A program made the position numbers and the translations under genes. 64,000 bases of DNA from Lingula anatina (lineage: Eukaryota; Animalia; Brachiopoda), in NCBI GenBank assembly GCA_051362555.1, contig CM120640.1, positions 13,764,001 through 13,828,000 of the forward strand. The letters run 5' to 3'. Position 1 is the stretch's first letter. Each line of letters begins with the position of its first letter. Below the pieces are notes generated by a model, which saw only the letters and a list, made by a program, of their open reading frames with translations, made no database searches and was not told the DNA's origin. Shown in pieces: positions 46,908 to 58,200 of the stretch.

Positions 46908-47418
46908 CAAGAACTAACTTTGAATGTCGGAATTGATTCATAAACCACTGGTCAGGATGGGGAAATCGTCGTTAACCTCAGGAAAATACTTTTTTTTTTT
47001 GCCAAAACGAATAGTTGTTATCCCTTTAACTGCGAGCACATCCATGACATAAATAAATAAATAAATAAATAAATATGAAAAAGGTATATATATTTAACTA
47101 CATTGCTTTGCCAGGTTCTTTATAATCATATTATCCTCATAAACTGTAAGCAACATTTTACATTTCTCAGGCAGTACCTGTGCGCGAAGCTTTTGTGGGA
47201 AAATTGGGAAAAAATTCAAGACAAACTTCGCAGATGAAATTATGCAATTTGACATCGGGAACCGAATGGATTGCGCAATGGCGTGTGCTGACCTTCCCGA
47301 CTGCCAGTCGCACGGCATCAAAAATGTGGGAACACTGCGTTGCACTTTGTACAGGAACAAAGCTGCAGATGACGGAGAACTTATTGATAACGGAAATTTT
47401 GACTACTACCATCTCTAG
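46024..47418 (+). CDS. Small secreted single PAN/apple-domain protein (~106 aa), not in ORF track
   Basis: Exon 46024-46096 MKTTCLFVVLLYTVIASIFMQMTV-G|gtgagt joined in phase 1 to ctcag|47171-47418 STCARSFCGKIGKKF..RMDCAMACADLPDCQSHGI..RCTLY..NFDYYHL*. Confidence 0.7.
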
Positions 47419-49289
47419 AAACCCGCTAGCCGTTCTTATCTATTAACAAAGCGAGAATCTACAAAAAGTCCGCTGTGTTAACAAATAACGGCACGTACCT
47501 AATAACGCAACAAACAGGACTGATGGAACGGTCAGGAAATAAGAACAGATATCATCCATTCGTCCACACTAATTTGTCAATACATTGATTTCAGACCGGT
47601 GATTATACGCGAGGCGAAGCTTAAAAACTTTTCCATACCCATTCATGTAATCGACTCACAAGCCAGCAAACACGAATTGGAGGACTGGCGGCTGAATTTG
47701 GCCCTGCCAATAACGTCAAAAAAAAAAAAAAAAAAAAAAAAAAAACTGAAATAGTGAACATTTAGGAAAAGAACCATAGATTTAAAGCAAATATTCCATA
47801 GAGGGTTCTTTTAAATAAAAGCTAAGGAAAATAATTACCCAAGTTCAATAATGAAATAGAATTCAGCAATTCTACTAAAAATACTGCAGCTTTCGTATTT
47901 AGTATCAACGTGACAGTCATTCTCAATATATATGTTCATTTAACATTTTCACCATCTCAAATTTTACAATCGATCTTGTTTATTTTTATTAAAGTAGAAA
48001 ATCTGCAACTTGTCAGGAAGTGAGTATGATGTCTAACATCTCAGAAAATGTATATCTAGAATGTTTATTTATGAAATAACTCAATAAGTAGCTTGTTTGT
48101 ACTTTTGCGGTGTCGCCGGGTTAAAAAAAACCTTCGTCACGTCTTTTGGCGCAGGTCATCAGTTTTAGTTATTTGATCTATTAACTTTTTGTAATATATT
48201 AGCGATTAACGCAATCTTAAATTGAGTAACGTCCATGATTAGCTAGACGATATGGTGACATGTCACAGTTGATTTTTTTACAGGAAAGTGCATGGTCTTA
48301 GGAAGTTATTTGCAAAACTTTCGTTACCAGGCATTGTGAAAAATGTACTTGCGGTTGATAACAAAATGTTTCAGTGAAATAAACATGCATTAGTGCAGTC
48401 TTATTTTTGTTAGTATTAAAACTTTCAAGTATTATCCTTGTTATTTTAAAGACTTGCGTTGCTAAAACAGCTGCAACTTCCGTTAATACATTCGAAAATT
48501 ACCCCGTGCTAGCAAGGCATGGTGTAGAGTTCACAAATATAATTCCCAGACGTTTTAATTAATTTGATTAGAGTCGATTGCTTGTGCACTCGACTAGTTT
48601 ATGACCTTACCTGTAATTATGTAACTTAAGTGGACGTGTGCAATTTGAGTAATTAAAATATGTTATGTACCTTTTACATATACATATGGATGAATGTCCT
48701 AAACTTATATAATTTTGTACGCTTAATTCAAGCATGGGCTCGAAATAGGACATTACGTTTTAGACTAACTTAGTGGATAACGCGATCCAAAATTATATTT
48801 GTGAACTCTACAATGGGTTTTAAAAATTTTCATGATTTACAAATATATCTTTGTATTGACAATGACTCCACTAGACACTACTTCAATCTTCGGCAATGAA
48901 TTACACTGTAAATAAGCTTCTCTAAATCGTACGTAAAATATCTGTCAGTTTTAACAAACACGAAAATCTACTGAACAACTGAGGACATAAAACTTGAGCA
49001 CTTCAGAGACATCTGGTGTCAACAGACTGAAAGCTTATCATACGTTCAGTTTGTGTAATATAAAGCTTAGATATAAGTTTGGACTGAAAATAATGTCTAA
49101 AATGTCTTCACAAATAACTTCAGATCAGGCAACACCAAAAATACAATCACTGCAAAACAAACTGAAGACATTAACGTAAAAAAGCAGTTCAGAGACATCC
49201 GTTTAACATACAGAATAGCTGTTAGCTGTCAAGGCAAAATGCTACAGAAAAAATACATGACAGAACACTGATAGGAACCTCTACATGAC

Positions 49290-50900
49290 AATTTTACTGC
49301 ATGCATGCTGACTCCATTGGCAATGTTACCGTTCTATCTGCTCTCTTTCTCTTCCGTTGGTTTGGCTTTTTCCCATTACCTGTTCCTCCAATTAAATTCA
49401 ATCCACAGGAAGAAACTATATTTCGCTTACCTTTGGGCGTATTTAAAAACCTTTGAGTGTGTTGTCTCTGCACTTTTACTTGCCCACGCACACCTGTCTA
49501 CTCTACTAAAATATGAATCCAATCAAAATTCCCCCCTTCCCTTGAAGGCTCTCTCCATCTCCAGATATTGTCCCTCGACAATTTCATAAAAAGAATTAAC
49601 CAGTGTTCGAGTATCTTGGGGTTGCCAATTTACCTTCATCTTCATGATGTGATTAACTAATTCACAATTATTATTTGTCCATGCAATAGGTAGATCTTTG
49701 TGTTTTTCTCTAGTTTGGAAGTTTTCCTGTAATTAATGTTTTCAAATTGAGGTACATTTTCAATATTTCTTAAAACTGATTGGCTCCTTTTCTCAAAAAC
49801 TACTTGATTGTCAAAATATATTAATCCATTTTGGCCAAATATAGCTGAAACTATTTTGTTGCTTTCTTTTTCATTGGCCCCAGTTTTATCTTTCAAAAAA
49901 TTATAACATTTTTTTGATGGGCCGATGACAAGAAATGTGATCTGTATTACTTCCAAAACCAAAGTTTGCACCTTTCTTGATAACTTTTTCCTCATTACTT
50001 CCGATAACTAAATTTGGATTTTTAAGCATTTTCATGGCAATAGAAGTGAAAAAGTTCCCAAATGTCTTCCAATCAGATTATCAGTGAATAAGAATGGGTC
50101 CTAAAAATATGGTTGATTCATACCAATCCTAGGTGCTTGTAAGTTATTGAAGTGACATGAAGTTGTCCCAGGTTGAACGGTTTATCGGCACCCAAAATTG
50201 TAGTGATGGAGTTGGGAGCAGCGAGATCTGTTCATCGGTACACAACTTTACACAAGGGGACTTGCTCTTTATGTGGTTGATCCTGCGAATGAAAGGGTGT
50301 TCATGGTGTGAATTGTGTAGATAACAAAGTCTTTTGCTACATTAGCAGGTCCTGCAGTCTAAGTACGAGCCTTTTTATTTGCTACCTGTTTCAAATTTGA
50401 GGGTCATTGGTTTTCTGAATCCGCTACACGAACCAGCTTTTCGTAAAGTTCACAAGGTTTGGAGACACGTTCGGCAGTTATACAGTCCATAACAAAGTCT
50501 GAAGTACTGCAATACGGGTTAACCGCGAATATATCTTCAAGTTAATTTTTTACTTTTCTGTTTTCTTCAAATGGACCTATATATTAAGAACAGAGAATTA
50601 TAATTAAGATATGGAATTATTGGGTGCTGTTACATTCCTGATACATACCTATCTACTTTGCACTTGTGAAAAATTAATTTAACTATATTCCTGTCCGACG
50701 CTCCTTGTTTATCAGAAATGTCACTAAAAGAAGTGGATTTGAAATGGGACCTAATTTCCGCAGCAGTCCCAGCTAGGTGTGGCTCAGCTGAGACGCGCAT
50801 GGTCAGTGTCGACGGTTGAATACTGTTCAAGCGAGTTGAACTTCTCTGCGACAGGCACGTAAGAATTTGGTGGGAGGTGACCTGCGCACGTGGACGATTT
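49290..50900 (-). pseudogene. Decayed Mutator/MULE-like transposase relic
   Basis: Frameshifted fragments: DKPFNLG..VT..YKHL, HIFLGPILIH, LVIGSNEEK..CHRP, AIFGQNGLI, WTNNNCELVNHIMKMKVNWQP, QYLEMERAFKGRGEF. These follow the MULE D..D..CxxH..TNNxxExxN order; outer limits are uncertain. Confidence 0.6.
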
Positions 50901-51013
50901 TATTCCATATAACTTCTCTAGAGCTTGATATAGGGTCACTTTATTCGGTTTAAGGGGTGTTTTAGGATGAAATGACTCTATTTTTTCACGGTATATATGT
51001 CAAATAATAGGGC

Positions 51014-51111
51014 CTACACTGTCACCCTCTCACCATATATGCCATGATGCCATGAACACCTTTGGCTGGCGCTCGAGGTGTTATGGCATATATCGCTCGG
51101 GTGACGGTGTA
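51014..51111. repeat. Imperfect hairpin, probably a transposon-end remnant
   Basis: acactgtcaccc..atatatgccat..aacacc / ggtgttatggcatatat..gggtgacggtgt. Confidence 0.55.
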
Positions 51112-52804
51112 TTATCCCACACATACATGTATATATCTACTTCGTTGGTAAATGTTTCTCATTCACCATTAACCTTAATTGGGGTATTAAAAGAAATATT
51201 TTCACTTTTTAACACAGAAGAGCACATTTGAATATGCGTTGTATGTTGCCATATTTCACAAAGCCAAGAAATGTAGTTATTCTCATGAATATTACTTTAA
51301 GTGTTTTGTGTATGCATGAGGCAAAATTTCATTATACCTACCCATTCATACGTACTTTCGGCTGGGGAGTTCAATTCTCTTGTTTTTCAAAGTCAAACAT
51401 TATACAAGCATTATGGTGAAATGAACAAGTGAACTTGTTTTGGCTGTCACTTGTCAATCATCTGGTGTCAGTGAGAGCAGATACGTACCTCACTTGCTAG
51501 ATAACACCACTGAAATGAGCAACTCCTTGGTTTACTGCCATGGAAAGGGCCATTTCAATAGATACATGTACAATAAATTACAAAAAGAGTAAGAAGCAGC
51601 CATAGCATGTTTCTAACTCCTAATTTTCTCAGGTTTATTGCAGTAAGCACGATTTTGACAACATCACTGAAAAAGCAAGCAAACAGATTCATTTCACCTG
51701 TTTCACGAATTATCTGACTTAGTAGCTCAAGACGAAGCGTTTATGAAAATTTATCCTGAACTTAAATATCGTTTTCTGGTAAACAAAGTAAACTTACAAA
51801 TTATAATACGTTTAGGTAAATGATTTGACGTAGTACTCTCGACTCCGTAGGCAGCGGGGATTAGATACCCTCTACCAGGGTGGCAGATATTATAGGGACA
51901 TTTTCCACATTTTCCATCTACGTAGCCTAAACAAAACTGATAATGTAGTCATGAAGCGTCGACTGTATAAACATTGGTCGGTAGACGAATTTCATTTTGT
52001 AAAAATTCAACTATGGTTAATGAGCATAGCAACTAAATTTTGCAGTCGGTCGAAATTATATAAAAAATACTGTTTATTCAAATCTAAAGTGAAGGTGATT
52101 TAAAAGCATAAAAGCAACATCACCTACGGTTTTCCTGCGGTCAATTGTAAACTTTCCACATGACACACCAATACCCGATGCATTTTTCGAACAAAAATCC
52201 TGCAATTATTAACTCCTTTTTCAATATATTATCGATGTGTAACAATATTAATGTCGAAAATATTAATTGCATAGTGGGAGTAGAGATGCGAGGAAGCAAC
52301 AATGCAGGGTGTGGTAGGTGTGGGGGAGCACGGTGTGCGTTTAATGGTAATTTTACAGGGGATGTATCGATGCGGAGGATTACCGGTGTGGGGTCGTATC
52401 GTTATTGAGACACCCCGCAAGGTGAAAAATAACTTACTTTTCCTCATTTTTGCACACTATCAAAAAGCACAACGTGGTGGTGAAAATAAAATGTGAAATA
52501 CAGTAATGTGCCTTTTGAAAGTCGTGGAAAGACAACATAACAACATAGCAAGGGCCAGACAGCTTTCTGTCAAAAATGGCAGAATGTTATGAAATTCGAA
52601 CATCTGGCATTTCTGAGCACCTGTCATTTCATGAATTTCGACAAAACGATCTTTTCGTTATTTCAATTAATTTCTTTTGTACGAAATTTATGGTACGTTA
52701 CTAAATCTCGAAAATTAGCAAAGATACACCCATAGTTACTATTGAACTTGAATAGGAAGTCATACACTGGCAATTTAAATAAGGCCTTAACATTAATCTT
52801 TGAC

Positions 52805-54830
52805 CTACTTTTTACAACGAACTGAACTTTGCAAGGTTTCTGGGGATAGTTCATTAATAATGTCCCTGATTCCTTGGTTGTTTTGCAGTGGAGGAAGGGT
52901 AGGTGTATCTGATACGGGAATATATCGCCCCATCTGACTCCATGGGTTGTAGCGGACTGTGCTGTAGTGCGCAGTCATAGTGGCCGACTTCCTGGCCGCA
53001 CCTCGTAAAGCGTTTCTTTGTCTGTCGCCTTCTCCGTCGCCATATCGCTGCACCACCTGACACAGATTGTCTACTACAACAATTGGCCGGTTGAGAACTT
53101 CGCTGGCTGCAATAATCTCGAACTCCCCCGGCAAGGAAGTTGGCACTGCCATGGCCGCGATTCTGTCTTCCATGGAGGAATACCGTAACCAGGCTGGAAG
53201 GTCAGCATTGATGGTTTCAATATCTAGGTTGTTAAACCTGCTGTAATATTTGCACATGTGGCTAATAACATTGGCCCTTAAACCATCTGCAGTGCTCTTC
53301 TCCAGCTTCTCTAACACTGGACTCTTCAAAATCCCATGATTATTCATCTCAGCTAATTGTAACTTTGGATTCATGCCTATTACTATACTTCGAAATAGAC
53401 ATCGCCCGTCACTACTTGCCTGGACAATACAAGTGCTGGACAAGGCCTCCGGTCGCCTGGTGTTGGTCGATGAGCAAAATGGCAATTCATTAACAGGTGT
53501 GGAACTTTCATCGGCTGGTAAGTTGCAAGAGGCAGCTGTGCTTTCTGCTGGGAGTTGTTCAGTGTGCTGTGCGTCCGGCTCGTCTGTTACTAGCGCCCCC
53601 ATAAATTCATCGGCTGCGAAAACATTGGGGTCAAAGGGCCAAAGACCACATACTTTGAAACCGTGAACGGCTTTTTCCGGCAAAGCGGTCCTCAAAAAGG
53701 CCTTTCCAGATAGACCGGCCATGCCGTAGACTGAGATCCGACGCCCAGGGTAAGAGACCATCCAACTGTCGGCTTCAGTATTAAATGCACTCTTCAAGGA
53801 TTTGAAATAGGCTCTGTCCAGCGGTTGCAGCTTATGAGTGCTATGTGGGGGCAATGTGAGAAGCTCAATTCCATTCTCCCGACAAAAATCTATGGCCTCC
53901 AGAGTCTTGTGACTGTGATGTCCATCCAACAATATGACATGGGGGTCTTGGCGAGAGCAGGCTGTAAAACTGACGAAATGCCTCAACCACGTGAGAAATA
54001 GCTCCGAGTCTGTCCATCCACTTTGACTCGCATATCCTACAGCTTCATGCGGCGCGTCTTTCATGAGCGTTTCGACCATTCTTTCTCTTGGAAAGATATA
54101 CATGGGTGGCAAAAAGTTTCCTGCTGCGCTGAAGGCACAGATCAGGGTCACCAAATCTCCCCGCTCAGCACTTGTGATTTTACTGACTTGTCGCATTCCC
54201 TTTGCCGCCATAATCTTACCTGGCTTTTGGACAGTGGTAAGTCCGGTCTCGTCCATATTCCAAATTCGGGACGGCGCGTAGTGATGGGCGTCGAGACATG
54301 CTTTATACATGCCAAAGGAATTGGTCACTTGCGGCTTATTAAAGCCTACAGCACGCGCGACGCTGGTTGACTGAGGCTGACGAATGCTTAAGGCGTGACG
54401 CGAGAGAAACCCTTGCACCCAGTCCTGACCTGCCATCCGCAGCTCTCTGCTGAACGGATGAGCGGCCTGTGCTTTTTCCGCCACATCAAATGCAAGGCGC
54501 TGCATATCTCGGACTTTTAACCCGTAGAGTCGTCTCTAGAGTCGTCATTTCAATGACATGGGACTTCAGCTGTAATTCTACAGTTTGCGGCAGGGCGCTG
54601 TGATACCTTCCAAAAATAAGCGTACCTGGTACAGCCACTTGCTGGTCCCGGTGGCGGCGCAGGGTGCGTGTCGGTACACCGAACTCTTGGCTGGCTCGGA
54701 TAAGAGGCATACCTGCAGACCAAGAAGTTCTCTTTATAACTTCTTGTGCAGACAAAGCCTTTAGTGCTGCTGCCAGGTTTTCCTGACCATATTTGCCTCT
54801 GTCAGACTTCCTCTTATAATTTCTCACCAT
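52805..54830 (-). pseudogene. pogo transposase (HTH_psq + CENP-B HTH + DDE_1) fused to OTU-like protease domain; two frameshifts
   Basis: ATG at 54830 (MVRNYKRK..ASQEFGVPTRTLRRH); frameshift ~54540 into RRLYGL..AGQDWVQGFLSRH; WNMDETG (D 54253), LLDGHHSH (D 53926), LQPLD (D 53818), giving DD35D; then DGRCLFRS (C 53401), GEFEIIAASEVLNRPIVVV and, after a frameshift near 53010, EVGHYDC. Confidence 0.85.
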
Positions 54831-54962
54831 TTTATCTGTAAATGAAAAGGGGGAAAAAAGTGGACAAAACATCACGTGACGCGCGTAATATTACTTAATT
54901 AATACCAGAAAAAAGGTGGGTGGGCGTTTGATCCCGACTGGGCGTTTAGCCCCGGTCTACCC
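52840..54962 (-). mobile_element. pogo-superfamily (DD35D, Fot-like) DNA transposon, 3'-truncated
   Basis: One end only: TA|GGGTAGACCGGGGCTAAACGCCC (minus strand, 54962 inward) with repeated aaacgccca motifs. The opposite TIR was not found, and an unrelated repeat-like sequence abuts at ~52840. Confidence 0.85.
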
Positions 54963-55279
54963 TACGGTTTAGAACTATGATTCAGCTAGTTAAAATTCTA
55001 ATTTCAAGAGGGAACCATTGGTGTAATTTTTTTTCAGAAATCGAAAGGGGAGTGGTCAGGACCCCCCTGACACCTCCCCTAAACCCGCCACTGCGTTGGG
55101 GGGGTTTATTCGTGGCTGGAGTCGTTAATTTGTGCATTTGTGCACAGATTATTGGGCTATTTATAAAGGTTCTTTTGTAAAACGGGTTTCAGGTCAGTCA
55201 TTGTGGTAAAGCACAGCGGTCGTGAGATCACGCCAAAATAACACCTAGCACAATTTGCACCACTTGCACAGCAGAGAAG

Positions 55280-58200
55280 ATGGCGGCGGTAGTAATATTG
55301 ATTGTTTTAGGTGTGGTAAGATTCTCAACCGTTCATAGCAGCTTGATACCAGGCAGTGCTACAGTGCACTGCAGTGCAATGCCAAATAAAACCAGTGTCA
55401 GTGATGAAGGTTAATTTTTTTCAATGTGGAACTTGTGTTTATGTTTTTTGTTCAGATATAGATTTGAGTTTCTTTTAAAATCTACGAAAAAAGAAAAAAA
55501 GAAAAAAATATAAAGCTAACCGTTAATAAGTTGTGGATCTTTGAAGATGGTAGTTTGATATAAACCCCAGTTTCTGTTTATTGAAATGCTGATGAATAAG
55601 TACATTTCCAATTTTAGTTAATTGTGTCGAGTGCTTCTTTCCTGACAACTGTATAGAGAACAATTTGTGCAAGCCTGGAACCACAGGTCTAACTTGTGAA
55701 CAATGTGCTCAGCCAGGAGACGGTGAGCCAGGTAATATTTTGAACATTAAATTTATACTGATATTAACTGTGTCTTTAAATGGAGGCGATGGATTTAATG
55801 TCTCATCAGGCTGCACATTTATAAATATTGTGATTCTTTCTGGACCTATAATATTTGGTACTTTTGTAGTATTTCGATCTCCTAGCTCTTTGTTTTTTCG
55901 ATATCTTGTACTGAAAATCAGAAAGTTAATTTTGATTAACTTTTCAAATTTGTTTGGCAAAAATGTAGACTATGTTTCTTTTTAAAAATTGGATTATTTT
56001 TACAAAAGTTGTTTAATTAGTTATGTATTTTTAAACAATTTATTGTCTGTATATTTGCTTTTTACATGTAGTTTTAGTTAAGTGCCAAATATGATTTCAG
56101 CAAGGTACTGTACATGAAAAAAAATACTATAAACAGATTATCATTTTTAATTTGTGTCTGTACAGGCTACCATAGGCTGGGCTGTGCCTGTGTCTTGTGT
56201 TCGCCTGTACCCTGGTCTGCAGTGTGTGGTGTGGTTGTGCTGCTCTCTGTCATAGTTAGGATTGAAATGCATGGTTTTACCCTATCTTTAGTGGTTAAGG
56301 TAAGTAAAATTGCCACTCAGACAGCATGCTAGCGAATAGTGAATTCTGTTAATGATGGCATTGCATATCTGTCAAGGGTTTTCGCAGAAACCATCCAGCC
56401 GTCATTTGGGTTTTTTTATGACGGCTTTATGCAATGCTATGCATACAGTACTTGGACTCGCGGAAATTTTGTAGGAAATTACAGGTGGTAATTTTGGAAG
56501 TACCCCCAATCCTGGGAAAAGCCCTGGTATCTGTATAAGAATATTTGTAGCCCAGATATAAAGATGATAAGAAGTGCACCATAATTTTCAATGAAAGAAA
56601 ATGCATAAATGATGTTAATAATATTGGAAATAAATGGAAATTAAGATTGGGTTAAAAGTAAAATTAAAAGGAATTTTAAAATTAATACATTGCAAAATGT
56701 GATTTAGGTGCATAACTTGTTTCAAAATTAGCAATATTATTTGTTAAAATTTGAAACTATATGTTTTAAGCTGAAGCTGCTTCTGCATTTCCTACATCTG
56801 ATTTTGCTAAGCCTGTCAATCAAGATAGCCTGGCCTTCTCTTCTGTTGGACACTTTCACTAATTTCACCTTTGCCTGGCTTTCCTCCAAGATGATCACTC
56901 TAGGTAAGAGGCTAGCCAGTGGTCAGTCAGGGTCTTTGTAAGGAGTGTAAAGAAGTTTTTTTAAATATTGAATTAGGAAAAATTGGATTAACAGATTGTT
57001 TTAAATTGAAAAGAAAAATAAGTCATGAAAAAGGAGAAAGGGACTTCAATTTTTTGCTTTAAATTTCAATGAAAGACACCTTAAAGATCTTTATGTTCAT
57101 AGTTCTGAGTTCAGTAAATAAGATATGTTTCATAGCAGTTTAGCAAGCCCACTATAGGCCTTGTTCATGGTATTCAGTGCACATATTTTTAGGTACTGAC
57201 ACAAAATGTCTGTATATATTCTGATTACTGTGTCTGTCCATGTCAGGGTTGTCGCTGTCCAACACTGTAGTTTGCCCTCAACTGCCAAACTGTATTTTTG
57301 TTATACTTTAAAAAGTACAAATATTTACTGAATGTGCCAATCTGAATTTGCCTTTTACTTTTTATTTGCTAAGTAGGTTTGTTTTGTGAAAAATTCAGAC
57401 TGCAGTTGAAAATCATCATATGATCAGATTTTTTTCATGAGAGTTATTTCTTAATATCAGCATGTATTTTTACAATATTTCTTTCCTGTTTTGTGTCAGT
57501 TAATTTGCAGGATGTCCTGTCTAACTTTAATTTATATTTTAGTGTGAACACCCGGCAAAGAAACCTAACCATTCAATGTTTATCACTAAACAAAAGATCT
57601 GCTCATAATCTGTACGATTTATTCGTGTTTTTTTTAAATTGCTTTCAGAATGCTACTTTCCCATTCCCAGAATGACAACTATGTATTTAGAATGGTGGTC
57701 TGTTATAGGGATGCTGTGCATCGCTCTTGTGACGTCAGTATTGATTGACAAAAAACTGGTGAGATTTATATCAATTCTTTTATATGCATTTCACAGGCCT
57801 TCCAGTCAGTTCAAGCCATCAAAATATTACCTCATTTACGCTACCATTTGGAAATTTTCAATTAACTGTTTTTTCTCTTAAGATGATGTGCTTGTAGCAT
57901 CCAGCTTCCAGTGCTGTGGCATCTTTCAATTTGTACTCACTAATTTTATTTCATTATTAACACAGAAACACAAAATAGATATTGGATTTGTGCCTGATGG
58001 TAAAAGAATGGTGAGTTTGTGGACAAAAAGGAGGACTGTAAGGAGATCAGCTTTGCTCATTTTCAGCATTTTTTACACTCCACTGATATTCATGTCAATC
58101 AAGTCATTTGCTTGCTCTGGTGATCTGGTGAGTGGCATAATTTTCATTTTTCAGTTTTACATTTATTACACGTAACATTTATTACACATTACATAATTGA

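Noticed and set aside
47094-47446. Three overlapping ORFs listed in the track
   Set aside because: The meaningful frame is a different plus-strand frame (PAN domain exon 47171-47418).
53373-54370. Plus-strand ORFs inside the transposase
   Set aside because: Antisense shadows of the GC-richer pogo coding sequence.
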